From IMG/VR virus record IMGVR_UViG_2718217944_000002: a stretch of 64,000 nucleotides of DNA; one strand, given 5' to 3'. The position numbers and the translations under genes were made by a program. The stretch comes from a virus. Numbering within the stretch: position 1 is the stretch's first letter; every line of letters starts with the position of its first letter. The notes beneath the pieces were generated by a model, which saw nothing but the letters and a program-made list of their open reading frames with translations, did no database searches and was not told where the DNA came from. This document shows, one piece after another, positions 28,218 through 37,332 of this stretch.

Positions 28218-28382
28218 CTGCTGCGTCACATGGGCTGGTTCGAAGCGGCTGACCTGATTGTTAAGGGCATGGAAGGCGCCATCGCCGCCAAGACCGTGAC
28301 CTACGACTTCGAACGCCTGATGGAAGGCGCTAAGCTGCTGAAATGTTCAGAGTTTGGCGACGCTATCGTTAAACATATGTAA
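28218..28382 (+). pseudogene. icd: Promoterless 3' fragment of isocitrate dehydrogenase marking the att junction
   Basis: Encodes [54 protein letters not shown], the Icd C-terminus. Confidence 0.95.
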
Positions 28383-28406
28383 GTTACTCCATTGTAGCGA
28401 ATGTTA

Positions 28407-28434
28407 ACGGGGGCAAGATGCTCCCGTATTTTTT
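28407..28434 (+). terminator. Terminator after the icd fragment
   Basis: ACGGGGGC-AAGAT-GCTCCCGT followed by ATTTTTT. Confidence 0.7.
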
Positions 28435-28451
28435 CCCGCCTAAAAAAATCT

Positions 28452-28485
28452 TCTGCAAAACCTCTGCAAAACTCTTCTGCAAAAC
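28452..28485 (+). repeat. Three direct repeats TCTGCAAAAC, probable integrase arm-type sites
   Basis: Exact copies at 28452, 28463 and 28476, between att core and int stop. Confidence 0.8.
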
Positions 28486-28506
28486 GGTATGAAAAATGAC
28501 CGCATT

Positions 28507-29634
28507 TTACGCACCAACAACTCTCCACTCTTTGCCTCGGTCATCGTTGTATCGATCGGTTTGGCGCTGGCTTTTATGCCCAAGCAAATCCTTAGTATTG
28601 ATTTTTTGTTCCCGGTATAAGCGCTCCGCTAGCGAACGGATCTCGTGAAAGCTGGGAGGGGTACCTTTACTCCAAGATAACCCCGATAGCTCACGGATTT
28701 TTTTAAAACTTGTGCTGATAGTGTTGGGCTTAACCATACCTCCCCGTCTGGCCATTGCCGTATTGTGCGTGTAGTGGACAAGGTAAGGGCTGACGATATG
28801 ATCTCGGCACTGAGTGATTACCTGTTCCAGAGTCATGCCAATGGCATCACAGCGAAGGGATAGCGGGATCGCGACCTTAGCCCCGGTTTTTATCTGTTCA
28901 ACGTGTAAGTGGCCGTCCCACACGTCAGAAAACTGCATTTTGCTAATGTCGCCCTGTCGCTGGGCTGTAACGAGGCCCAGCAACATCGCATTTTTCATGT
29001 ACTCGAACGGTGGTGGCGTTACGCTGAGCATGGTATTAAATTCATCTAAGATCATACGTTCACGGCCTATGCGGTTATGTGGATTTTTTGTAGCCTCGGC
29101 CGGGTTGTACCCTGGAGGAACTTCGCCGGCGTGCTGGGCTTCTTTGAAAACATCGATCAGAGTTGTTCTGACGACTTGGGCCATTCTTGAGTGGCCCTGC
29201 TTTTTGTAATCATCCAGAATGTCAGCAATATCGCGAGTATCGACATCACATATAGGTTTAGAGGCCAATGCGTTACGCATAGCTTTAACGGGTGCTATCT
29301 TTTGCTTCACAGTGTTCTCAGAAATTTCATTTGCGGCCTTGCGCTCCTCCTGGATAACCAGATAACGATCCAGCCATGTTGAAACGCTGATGCTCCCGCC
29401 GACCGCACGGCTCAGCTTGTCCCGTACCGCCAGTGTGTTACGCAGCTGCTGTTCCGATAATCGATTATTGGCTTCAATAGCTATTGCCTTCGCTTCTTCG
29501 GCATTTGTCCCTAAACCATGAACGGTTCCTGTGAGCGGATGTTTATATTTCCAATATATGCGCTGTGTTCTTTTATCTGTGCTGCAATACAGTCCTGGGA
29601 TGTTTAACGCAAATTTACGAGGCCTGCCCATCAT
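28507..29634 (-). CDS. int: Tyrosine integrase (lambda-like, with arm-binding domain)
   Basis: MGRPRK arm domain; AQRQGDI, FHEIRSLA, LLGHKS, YND catalytic residues. Confidence 0.97.
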   Translation of the reverse strand: MMGRPRKFALNIPGLYCSTDKRTQRIYWKYKHPLTGTVHGLGTNAEEAKAIAIEANNRLSEQQLRNTLAVRDKLSRAVGGSISVSTWLDRYLVIQEERKAANEISENTVKQKIAPVKAMRNALASKPICDVDTRDIADILDDYKKQGHSRMAQVVRTTLIDVFKEAQHAGEVPPGYNPAEATKNPHNRIGRERMILDEFNTMLSVTPPPFEYMKNAMLLGLVTAQRQGDISKMQFSDVWDGHLHVEQIKTGAKVAIPLSLRCDAIGMTLEQVITQCRDHIVSPYLVHYTHNTAMARRGGMVKPNTISTSFKKIRELSGLSWSKGTPPSFHEIRSLAERLYREQKINTKDLLGHKSQRQTDRYNDDRGKEWRVVGA

Positions 29635-29860
29635 TTAAAATCCTCAGCAAACGGGGATCGTCGTTTTTCTTTGTCACAGGTTTGCATGAAAGCCCTATAT
29701 ATCTAGCTCCTTTGTCCACACGCCAATAGCGACCGGCTTTCTTTGCCGGTGGGTCAATCATGTTGTTTTTTGCATAATGAAGAATGGTTGTGTAACTCGG
29801 GCAATCGTCTACTCCGAACTCCTCTATCGCCCAGTCCATTAATAACTGAGTACGTGCCAT
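29615..29860 (-). CDS. xis: Excisionase
   Basis: Winged-helix type, IDPPAKKAGRYWRV; overlaps the int start. Confidence 0.85.
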   Translation of the reverse strand: MARTQLLMDWAIEEFGVDDCPSYTTILHYAKNNMIDPPAKKAGRYWRVDKGARYIGLSCKPVTKKNDDPRLLRILNDGQAS

Positions 29861-29932
29861 TGGTCATACCTCGATACGACCGGCCAACAGGTTAACGCGC
29901 TGGCCGGTGTAGTTTTGATTTTTAAAAATCAG

Positions 29933-30436
29933 TTAACGAACTTGCAAAGAGCGTGGGCCTGTTTCGATGTGGGCACCTTTAATTTCTGTACCAGCAAGGA
30001 TCGCTTTTTTCAGCTCGTCTTTTTTCACTCTGTTAACGACTTCGGTAAATGATTCAACGTAGTCATCTGGCAATAACTCTTCGTCATCGATCACAAGAGA
30101 CGGTGAGCCTTTCCGGGCCGTAAATGTATTGAGATCCGTTTTAATAGTGTCGGATCCGGATGTTAGCAGGCATTCAAGAATGTATTTCCGCAGTAGTCCT
30201 GCTTGGTTGTCCCAGCTTTTCTTGCGGGCTGCCAGGCGTTTTGATTCAGCATCACAGACGCTGGCTTGCCCTTCAAAACCCCGGACAACAGCCATGGTTG
30301 CATCGAGTTTATCGCCGACCATTCCCTCTAACCCCTCAAGGGTGTCTTTGATCATCTCAGGGGTAAGTTCGCCATCTTCGGCTAACGCCTGTAGTTTTTT
30401 CATTTCGATTGCTAAATCGATAGTTCTGGTACTCAT
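29933..30436 (-). CDS. Siphovirus Gp157-family protein
   Basis: DTLEGLEG...KLDA...RLAARKK...KKAILAGTEIKGAHIE. Confidence 0.85.
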   Translation of the reverse strand: MSTRTIDLAIEMKKLQALAEDGELTPEMIKDTLEGLEGMVGDKLDATMAVVRGFEGQASVCDAESKRLAARKKSWDNQAGLLRKYILECLLTSGSDTIKTDLNTFTARKGSPSLVIDDEELLPDDYVESFTEVVNRVKKDELKKAILAGTEIKGAHIETGPRSLQVR

Positions 30437-32547
30437 TATTTTTTCTCCTCTTCAAATTTAGCCAGGCACTCAACTTTAATTTCCTCAAGCCGGGTCAAGC
30501 GGCTTTCGAGGTATTTAACATGTTCAGTGTCTGCAACAGCCTTGGCGCTTTTAATATGTGAACCAATAACACGAGTTAGAGATGAGCTGATTTTAACGAC
30601 TTCATTGCTTGTGACCGCATTACGCATTGTTTCGGTGTTGGCTTTGAATCGTTCATCCAATTCTTTTCTCAGGCGCACTGAGTCTTCAGCCTTGGCGCTT
30701 GCATTTTTAATGCTGTGCTCATATTCGTTTTCTTGTGTATATTCGTTATCTTCGAACATACCCAAATAAACATCGGCACTAAATCCTAGTGATGAAAGGG
30801 CTTTGGTGGTGGCGTCAGTGAGGCTTTTCTTGCTTGGTTCCTCTTCAACGCTCAGACCAAACTTACTTGCATACAGATATTTGGTGTGGCCGTATGCGAT
30901 GATTTCGCCGCGGGCACCAGCATGGTTGTACCAGAGCATTATCTTCATCGTGTGATTGAGAGACGTAAGGACTTTCCCATCGCCATCACGCATGACTTTC
31001 TTACCCGTTTCACGGCCGGCGCTATCAATAATGCCTTCCATTAACGGGATGCCGGGATCGAATCGTTCTTCAAGCACATCAACGCCCCAACCAATGCCGA
31101 ATGGGCCGAATATTTCCGTGGCACGCATATATTGGTATGTCGGCCGAATGCTCGTTACTGTTCGAATAACTTTTCCGCTATTGTCGCGGGTCTCTTTCCG
31201 TTTAGTTCGAGCTGGGTCAGTCCGCTGAACGCGTTTCCAAATATCGAGGTTCTTCGCTGCATCGCCTTCTTTTGAGTCAAGTTCCTTTTCGAGTACGGAT
31301 GCGCGAGTTTGGAAATCGTCTGTGGTAATCGCATCGTCAGCGGTTGGTGCTTTATTTTCTTGTTGCACCTCTGCTTTAGTTGTCGTGACAGATGGGGAAG
31401 GGACAACCACAGTTTCTTTGGCTGGTTCAATCGTTTTTTCCGAATTACCCATCAATCCGTCAATGCTGAATTTGCCATCACCCAGGCTCTGTACTTTGAG
31501 CGATTCATCCTGACCTGATGGCTCTTTTTGCTTGCTATCAGCGGCCTTGCTTGCCGCATTTGAGCCAGGCTTTTCTTCTGCATCAAAAGTCATCCCACAG
31601 CGTTCAGAGAGGCATTTGTGAATGAATTTCCGCCTCAGGTCCGAGTTTGTGGAAAACTCGGGATATGAAAGCCCAGCTGTGATCATTTTGAAAATGATTT
31701 CGCGATCGATGTCGAGTATGCCGACGATAACCCGCAACGACATGCTCCATGCCCGCCATGTTTGATCTCGCTGGTTGATCAACTCCTTTGCTGCCGTTAC
31801 ATCTGCCGCTTTGGCGTGTAATGGATTAACGCCTTTGATTGCTAATGCGATTTCATTGTCGAGCATGTCGTAAGTGCGAGTGACGGTCACATCTTTATTA
31901 GCGGCTGCTGGTGTCCTGTCGGCATTTGCGGTTTGTACCCAGGTATCTGCAAACTTTTTGACCTCTGGCCATGTTGTCATCGCCGGTGATTTCGCCTGGA
32001 TAGCTTCAATCAACTTTTCCACTGAGGTAACCAGCATTGACTTAACTTGTGGTACGCGGGGCAGAGCATCAACAATCGCGCGCAGACGTGGTTCAGCCTC
32101 GTCATCGTTGATCAGGTCATATGCGTTAGAAAGGTGCTCCATATCGACAGCATCAGGCTCTGAACCGTACATCAAGATATATGCGACCCGGACGTCGATA
32201 GGCAGTTCGAAAATCGTTTTTGACGATGTGAGTCCTGCCTCACCATTTCCATCCTGCTCTGGAAGCTCGATTGCCTCGTATTCTTTAGTTTCTTCATTCC
32301 ACTGATTTTTAGTCATCCAATCAGCGTCGAATTGATCAACAGGCGGCCGTGGCAGCCCTTCGCGATCAGCGCAAATTTTGGGTTTGAAAAAGTTACTGGT
32401 GGAATTGGGGAAAGCCTCTTCCAGCAGCATTGTCGCTTTCATTTCTGCTAGCTTGGCATTCTTGGCCTCAACAGCAATTGCTAATGCAACAGTGCCATTG
32501 GCAGCAGCTGATTTTTTAGGGGGGAACCCACACGTAAATAAAGGCAT
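30436..32547 (-). CDS. RecE-like N-terminal region fused to a Rad52/22-like ssDNA-annealing domain
   Basis: ATEIFGPFGIGWG and KKSLTDATTKALSSLGFSADVY in the C-terminal part; next to gp157. Confidence 0.65.
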   Translation of the reverse strand: MPLFTCGFPPKKSAAANGTVALAIAVEAKNAKLAEMKATMLLEEAFPNSTSNFFKPKICADREGLPRPPVDQFDADWMTKNQWNEETKEYEAIELPEQDGNGEAGLTSSKTIFELPIDVRVAYILMYGSEPDAVDMEHLSNAYDLINDDEAEPRLRAIVDALPRVPQVKSMLVTSVEKLIEAIQAKSPAMTTWPEVKKFADTWVQTANADRTPAAANKDVTVTRTYDMLDNEIALAIKGVNPLHAKAADVTAAKELINQRDQTWRAWSMSLRVIVGILDIDREIIFKMITAGLSYPEFSTNSDLRRKFIHKCLSERCGMTFDAEEKPGSNAASKAADSKQKEPSGQDESLKVQSLGDGKFSIDGLMGNSEKTIEPAKETVVVPSPSVTTTKAEVQQENKAPTADDAITTDDFQTRASVLEKELDSKEGDAAKNLDIWKRVQRTDPARTKRKETRDNSGKVIRTVTSIRPTYQYMRATEIFGPFGIGWGVDVLEERFDPGIPLMEGIIDSAGRETGKKVMRDGDGKVLTSLNHTMKIMLWYNHAGARGEIIAYGHTKYLYASKFGLSVEEEPSKKSLTDATTKALSSLGFSADVYLGMFEDNEYTQENEYEHSIKNASAKAEDSVRLRKELDERFKANTETMRNAVTSNEVVKISSSLTRVIGSHIKSAKAVADTEHVKYLESRLTRLEEIKVECLAKFEEEKK

Positions 32548-32561
32548 TGGTCATTCCTCGC

Positions 32562-32882
32562 TTACATTTCTTTGGAAATAGAGTTATGTGCTGCTATTAA
32601 TTCATTGAGAACGGCATGTGGTAAAACATGCCTCAGTGAAATCGCATCACAGTTCTTTACTTGCTCGACAGCCAATGAAAGCAACTCTTCGACGGTAATG
32701 AAACCGACTTCCACCAGGTCTTTAACGGTTGAAATAACCGCATTATTAGATGTGGTGATAATTGCCTGCATTGGGTGGTTGCTTTCTGAACTGATGATGT
32801 TCACCGAGCAGGCTAAAACGCTAAAGGTTGTCTTTCTCATGTGAATCTCGCTATACTTGCGGCGTCCAGTGGTGGAAGCCAT
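32562..32882 (-). CDS. Hypothetical protein
   Basis: 106-aa ORF starting at the repeated RBS motif. Confidence 0.7.
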   Translation of the reverse strand: MASTTGRRKYSEIHMRKTTFSVLACSVNIISSESNHPMQAIITTSNNAVISTVKDLVEVGFITVEELLSLAVEQVKNCDAISLRHVLPHAVLNELIAAHNSISKEM

Positions 32883-32979
32883 TGGTCATACCTCGCAGGA
32901 GTCGGTTTGGTCGCTGACTCCGCCGTCACCGGGACGTTAAGCCGGTAGACTGGCCCGCCTTGTGCGGGCCTTTTTACTT

Positions 32980-33210
32980 TTAGTCGTCGTAACTGCGGCC
33001 GCAGTGCGGGCAATAAACGATGACTTTCGATCCTGCTTCCTCAAGAGAAATACCGGTTGTATGTCCGGCAATTCCGTTTTGCTGGTAAATATCTTTCTTG
33101 CAGCGAAAGCAAATACCGTCGATTGGCGCGTAATGTGGTGCGTGATTTTTACGGCAATATTCAACCTGTGCCTTTCGTGAAGCAGCAGGTGAGAATACTT
33201 TCGGTGTCAT
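32980..33210 (-). CDS. Small Cys-rich (Zn-finger-like) protein
   Basis: CFRC...CPHC pairs. Confidence 0.7.
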   Translation of the reverse strand: MTPKVFSPAASRKAQVEYCRKNHAPHYAPIDGICFRCKKDIYQQNGIAGHTTGISLEEAGSKVIVYCPHCGRSYDD

Positions 33211-33440
33211 AGGTCATCACCGTCAGAAACAGTGAACCCCTGTTCCTTTAACCATTTCTGGACATATTCTTCACCAATTGCTTCAAGCAATTCGTCCTTG
33301 CCGTATTCACCGACAATGGCTTTCGCGTCGACCGCCTCTGTTAATTCAGCAGAGTAGAGTTCTACCTCCAAATCTGAGCGAAACCCGGTTTTCACAATTG
33401 AACCGATGCTTTCTATTTTTATGGTAATGTCGATAGCCAT
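33207..33440 (-). CDS. Acidic hypothetical protein
   Basis: GGAG SD before ATG 33440; overlaps the next gene. Confidence 0.7.
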   Translation of the reverse strand: MAIDITIKIESIGSIVKTGFRSDLEVELYSAELTEAVDAKAIVGEYGKDELLEAIGEEYVQKWLKEQGFTVSDGDDL

Positions 33441-33574
33441 ATATCTACTCTCCATTGAGTATCAGGTTGATATTGAAATGCGCCCTGCGAGTTGACGCCC
33501 CGGAAGGGAAACGCATGACGCATTTCAATATTCCAAAAAGCCCCGCTAGCGACGGCGGGGAAACTACACAGCAA

Positions 33575-33868
33575 TCAGTGGATAGAGATTATGTTGACAC
33601 TTAGAGTCCGGGCCGCATCTTCTTCAGTGATAAGGTTAATTTCTAGTACCGGGTGAATGCGTTCGAAGCGACGAATAACAGCCTCTATCGCGCACAGCTC
33701 ACAATGGCGGTACCCAATATTTTTACCGTTATGGGTGATGGCGAAAGGGCGTTGATTTTGATGCTCGTTTTCCGGGAGTGCGATATATCCAGCGACTTCA
33801 CCATTTGAAAATACTTTGGCTACGTTCTTGCTGACCTGCGCTAATTTAAAAATTATTTCCTTGCTCAT
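33575..33868 (-). CDS. Hypothetical protein
   Basis: GGAG SD, HCELC motif. Confidence 0.65.
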   Translation of the reverse strand: MSKEIIFKLAQVSKNVAKVFSNGEVAGYIALPENEHQNQRPFAITHNGKNIGYRHCELCAIEAVIRRFERIHPVLEINLITEEDAARTLSVNIISIH

Positions 33869-34015
33869 TGGCATTACTCCGGCTTTAGGTAATGGGAATC
33901 CGCAGCTAAATTAATTAGCTAGATTAAAAGTAAATTAGGTGCCGGTTACGTTTCCGGCGTCGTATTACCTACCTCTACGGGTGGGAATATACGACCGTTC
34001 CCTGGTGTTGCATTT

Positions 34016-34213
34016 TCAATGAGTGCCGGCAGGCTCGAAATAAGGTGGAACGCTACGGGACTCGAACGCTGACTTGATTGCCCGAAGGTTGCCGGTAGGT
34101 TCGAACCGATATACTTTGCAGTGAATATCGTAATGAGCCACCCATGCAGCGCCGGTGCGTTTATTACGATATCGGGCTTGCTTGCCGCTATGTGGAATAG
34201 TTGTGTTGATCAT
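34016..34213 (-). CDS. Hypothetical protein
   Basis: 65-aa ORF starting at the repeated RBS motif. Confidence 0.7.
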   Translation of the reverse strand: MINTTIPHSGKQARYRNKRTGAAWVAHYDIHCKVYRFEPTGNLRAIKSAFESRSVPPYFEPAGTH

Positions 34214-34256
34214 TGGTCATACCTCGTTAATTCTCGCGTTCCGGGTGCGGTGGGTG

Positions 34257-34577
34257 TTATTTGATTAGATGACGGTTTTTACCGATGAAATCGACCATTT
34301 CGCGCAGCTTCTTCTCGTTAGGGATCAGTGCAGGCAGTTCTTCCTTTAGTTCGTGCGGCAGATAAACGTTCGCTCTCCATTGCAGCCCCGCACCTGTCAG
34401 CGTGTAACTGAACAGCCATTCCATATCGTTTTGGGATTCCCAGACGCAGAGGCAATGCTCGTTATCAAGTTTTTCCACGGTCAGCGTTAGCCCGCGTTTT
34501 TGTGCCATGTTGAAGGTGGTTTTTGTAATGTCGAACATCGTGTAACCCTCTGCCGTGTAGTGAAATCCATTGGTCAT
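34257..34577 (-). CDS. Hypothetical protein, first gene of the leftward operon (alternative start 34538)
   Basis: Open frame; internal ATG 34538 has a GAGG SD. Confidence 0.65.
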   Translation of the reverse strand: MTNGFHYTAEGYTMFDITKTTFNMAQKRGLTLTVEKLDNEHCLCVWESQNDMEWLFSYTLTGAGLQWRANVYLPHELKEELPALIPNEKKLREMVDFIGKNRHLIK

Positions 34578-34643
34578 ACCTCGCCGTCTTTCCGGCTGTC
34601 AGAACTTTGTACCTGAGCACTGCTGTGCTGTTGATGTACCGAT

Positions 34644-34681
34644 TAAATATCATATTTATATAAGTGTCAATATTATATTTA
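34644..34681 (-). promoter_or_regulatory. pL/OL: promoter with 15-bp operators
   Basis: TTGACA-N17-TTTAAT on the minus strand; TAAATATCATATTTA (34644-58) and TCAATATTATATTTA (34667-81). Confidence 0.7.
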
Positions 34682-34747
34682 TAGTCTTTCTAGGGATGAA
34701 AAAAAACCGCCACAGGGGCGGTGAGTAAACTTCTGATTTTTAGAGAG

Positions 34748-35320
34748 TTATCCTCTCATTTTTTTTAGTTCCTCGAACATGCTGTCGTAAAAATCAGCCT
34801 GCTTTTTTACATTCTCTAGGAATTCTTGCTTGGCTTTGCTTGTAAGTTTATGAAAGTAAAATAAAAGTTCTTTATCTTCATCATTTAACTTTGTTGGTGA
34901 AACAGAGCTATTACCGGCATCTAAGTGATTGAAAGGTAATCCATAATCTTGCTCAATCCGCCTGGCAGTTTTATCAGTGAAGGCTGCTTTCCCATTAACT
35001 AGATCTTCAAAAAATCCAGCTTCTTCTTCGGGGAATCCAGGCTCGCTAAACCAATCAGCAAGGCGCTTGGCTCGATGCGCGTTCAACTCATGGAGTTCAG
35101 GGCCACCTTCCAATATCCAATCCACCGATACGCCAGTAGCCGCTGCAATCTTCTTAGCGGAGGCTTTTCCAACCTCACCCCGATTGAACCAGCCGTTAAC
35201 GGCCTGAGCACTGACTCCAGCCATACGCGCAAGATCAGCTTTTTTCAGGTCTTTCATATGCATAAGAAGAGCCATGCGCTCTTCGAATGCTAACACTGGA
35301 TTCGATATTTTTTCTTTCAT
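34748..35320 (-). CDS. cI: CI-like repressor (DicA/RacR-like, no S24 peptidase domain)
   Basis: HTH KADLARMAGVSAQAVNGWF; helical C-terminus ending FEELKKMRG; divergent from cro. Confidence 0.85.
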   Translation of the reverse strand: MKEKISNPVLAFEERMALLMHMKDLKKADLARMAGVSAQAVNGWFNRGEVGKASAKKIAAATGVSVDWILEGGPELHELNAHRAKRLADWFSEPGFPEEEAGFFEDLVNGKAAFTDKTARRIEQDYGLPFNHLDAGNSSVSPTKLNDEDKELLFYFHKLTSKAKQEFLENVKKQADFYDSMFEELKKMRG

Positions 35321-35330
35321 TTCATGATTA

Positions 35331-35396
35331 TAAACATTAGGTTTAATGCATCAACTACATATTTTGTTGACATTCTTTATAAATAAATTATTTAAT
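35331..35396 (+). promoter_or_regulatory. OR operators and pR
   Basis: TAAACATTAGGTTTA (35331-45) and TAAATAAATTATTTA (35380-94) share TAAAY-N5-RTTTA with OL; TTGACA at 35367. Confidence 0.7.
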
Positions 35397-35425
35397 GTCC
35401 ATGTCGTTAACCAACGGAGTCCAAA

Positions 35426-35671
35426 ATGACAGTGCTAGACGAAGTAATTAAAAACTTTAGGAGTGCTTCTGGTTTAGCTAAGGCGCTAGAAGTAACACCT
35501 ATGACCGTAAGCCAATGGAGGCATCGAGATAAGGGGAAAGTGCCAGAACGACACTTGATGAAAATTTACGAACTCACGGGGATTACCCCCCATGAACTTC
35601 GGCCGGATATTCATCCTAACCCTACGTCCGGATTGCCACTGAATATCAACAATAACATCGCGGACGATTAA
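35426..35671 (+). CDS. cro: Cro-like regulator (YdaS-type)
   Basis: LAKALEVTPMTVSQW HTH; ITPHELRPDI. Confidence 0.85.
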   Translation: MTVLDEVIKNFRSASGLAKALEVTPMTVSQWRHRDKGKVPERHLMKIYELTGITPHELRPDIHPNPTSGLPLNINNNIADD

Positions 35672-35681
35672 GGACTGACTT

Positions 35682-36113
35682 ATGGAAATCAATTATGAAG
35701 CGATCTGCATTGAGCTACGCCGCTGGGCCAATGCGACAAAACGGGAAACGGTGGCTGCGGAGATTACTCAGCACTATTTCGAGTTAGGAGGCGGGGATCT
35801 GCCTTTGTATCCGATCGAGGCCCCTGGGGCGACACATAACAACATGCAAAATATTTTCCGCTGGTTGGATAGTGGCAGCAGGAAAGCGAAAGTAAAAATC
35901 GAAGCCTTAAAGCCTGCAATTTTGAAGGCGTTGGAGCAGCGGCGTTACGGAACAATCCAGTATCAGGTGGCAAGGGCACAAAAGGAATTTGCCGAGGCCG
36001 TCAGTGCCGCACTGCTGGAGTTGCCGGAAGCGGACGAGGAAATCAACGACGCAATAGAAGCGTTGCATGTGTTACGAAGCAGACCCCATAACGGCATTTA
36101 CTGCCGGGGATAA
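35682..36113 (+). CDS. CII-like/YdaT-type regulator
   Basis: Position after cro; VAAEIT...NNMQNIFRWLD pattern. Confidence 0.65.
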   Translation: MEINYEAICIELRRWANATKRETVAAEITQHYFELGGGDLPLYPIEAPGATHNNMQNIFRWLDSGSRKAKVKIEALKPAILKALEQRRYGTIQYQVARAQKEFAEAVSAALLELPEADEEINDAIEALHVLRSRPHNGIYCRG

Positions 36114-36126
36114 CGAGGTATGACCA

Positions 36127-36357
36127 ATGGCTAATTTTACGAAAGAACAGGTCGAGGTGCAGATCCGCGATCAATTGGTGCGTGAAGGTATTTCAATCGA
36201 TGTGGCTCGTTCGGCGGCAATGCGTGGTGCTAATCATTACGCGAGCCGGCCAAATGCAACTATCGCAAGCAGTATAGCGATCGCCAAAACCTATGCGAAA
36301 CCATTAAAGCGTGTGAAAGGGAAGCCAAATTGCAACGCCAATTCTCGCAAAAAGTAA
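36127..36357 (+). CDS. Hypothetical basic protein
   Basis: 76-aa ORF starting at the repeated RBS motif. Confidence 0.7.
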   Translation: MANFTKEQVEVQIRDQLVREGISIDVARSAAMRGANHYASRPNATIASSIAIAKTYAKPLKRVKGKPNCNANSRKK

Positions 36358-36794
36358 CGCTGTCAGCGTTACAAAGTTAATACAGTCGAGGCGTATATGG
36401 CATCAAGTTGGATAAAAGTCGAAGTAATTACTCCAGATAAGCCGGAGGTATACCAGCTTGCTGAATTGTTGGAATTAGACCCTGATGCGGTACTCGGTAA
36501 GCTAATCCGCCTGTGGTCTTGGGCAGATCAACAAACAATTGACGGTAACGCAGATTGTAACGCAGTTAGCGTTACTAAAAGTGCGATAGATCGGATCACT
36601 TTTGTGAGAGGTTTCGCCGAAGCAATGCTGAAAGTTGGATGGTTGGCACTGGATGGCGAAAAGCTGGTTTTTCCAAACTTCGAGCGGCATAACGGGAATT
36701 CCACGAAAAAACGGGCACTTACAAATAGGCGCGTTGCAAATTTACGCGATTCGCAACGCAGTGAAGCACCAAACAGTAACGCTCACGGCGTTAC
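36354..36794. repeat. GTAACGC-N5-GCGTTAC palindromes (candidate ori iterons)
   Basis: Copies at 36354-72, 36557-75 and 36776-94; extra half-site at 36545. Confidence 0.75.
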
Positions 36795-37332
36795 AAAAAA
36801 GGCACAAAAGGGGTTACCAGATGAAGATGAAGAGGAAGAAGAAGATATAAAAGATCCCCCCTTACCCCCCAAGGGGAACGGGGAGGGGCAATTTGATTTT
36901 AATTCGATTGAACTACCTGAATGGCTATCGCCTGAAATATGGCGTCAGTGGGGAGAGTTTTGCATCGAGCTGGGGAAACCGGTGAAAACAAAACGTGCGG
37001 CAATGGCGAACATTAAGCGGCTGGAGGAGTTTCGGCAGCAGGGGCATTCACCCGACTCGGTGATTTTGCACTGTATCGCGAACGACTGGAAAACGTTATC
37101 ACCACCGCTTGTTTCGCATCCGGTATCAAATTTTATTGATTTCGATGGGGCGTTTAACCGGCTAATTACTTCTCGCAAGAAGCCTCAGAACAGGGCGGAA
37201 GAAATTGCCAAGGAAAAATACTCGAAAGCTGGATTGCGGATGGCGAAAGAATTCGAGTGCCGTAACGCATGGCGGGGCTATTTAAGCCTGGCATACAAAG
37301 AAACCGGCGAGCAGCCGTACGTGGGAGGTTAG
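36397..37332 (+). CDS. Phage replication initiation protein
   Basis: SWIKVEVITPDKPEV...VLGKLIRLWSWAD; acidic run then PPLPPKG linker. Confidence 0.8.
   Translation: MASSWIKVEVITPDKPEVYQLAELLELDPDAVLGKLIRLWSWADQQTIDGNADCNAVSVTKSAIDRITFVRGFAEAMLKVGWLALDGEKLVFPNFERHNGNSTKKRALTNRRVANLRDSQRSEAPNSNAHGVTKKAQKGLPDEDEEEEEDIKDPPLPPKGNGEGQFDFNSIELPEWLSPEIWRQWGEFCIELGKPVKTKRAAMANIKRLEEFRQQGHSPDSVILHCIANDWKTLSPPLVSHPVSNFIDFDGAFNRLITSRKKPQNRAEEIAKEKYSKAGLRMAKEFECRNAWRGYLSLAYKETGEQPYVGG

Larger units (their letters stand above)
1..28218 (+). mobile_element. Prophage 1 (right portion): SfV/ST64B-like temperate phage with HK97-type head and Mu-like contractile tail
   Basis: Co-oriented run methylase-Q-lysis-HNH-terminase-portal-protease-capsid-sheath-tube-TMP-baseplate-fibre, ending at an icd 3' duplication; left end lies outside the window. 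Confidence 0.95.

Noticed and set aside
28218-28382. icd as a functional gene
   Set aside because: Only the last ~54 codons, with no promoter or N-terminus; it is an att duplication
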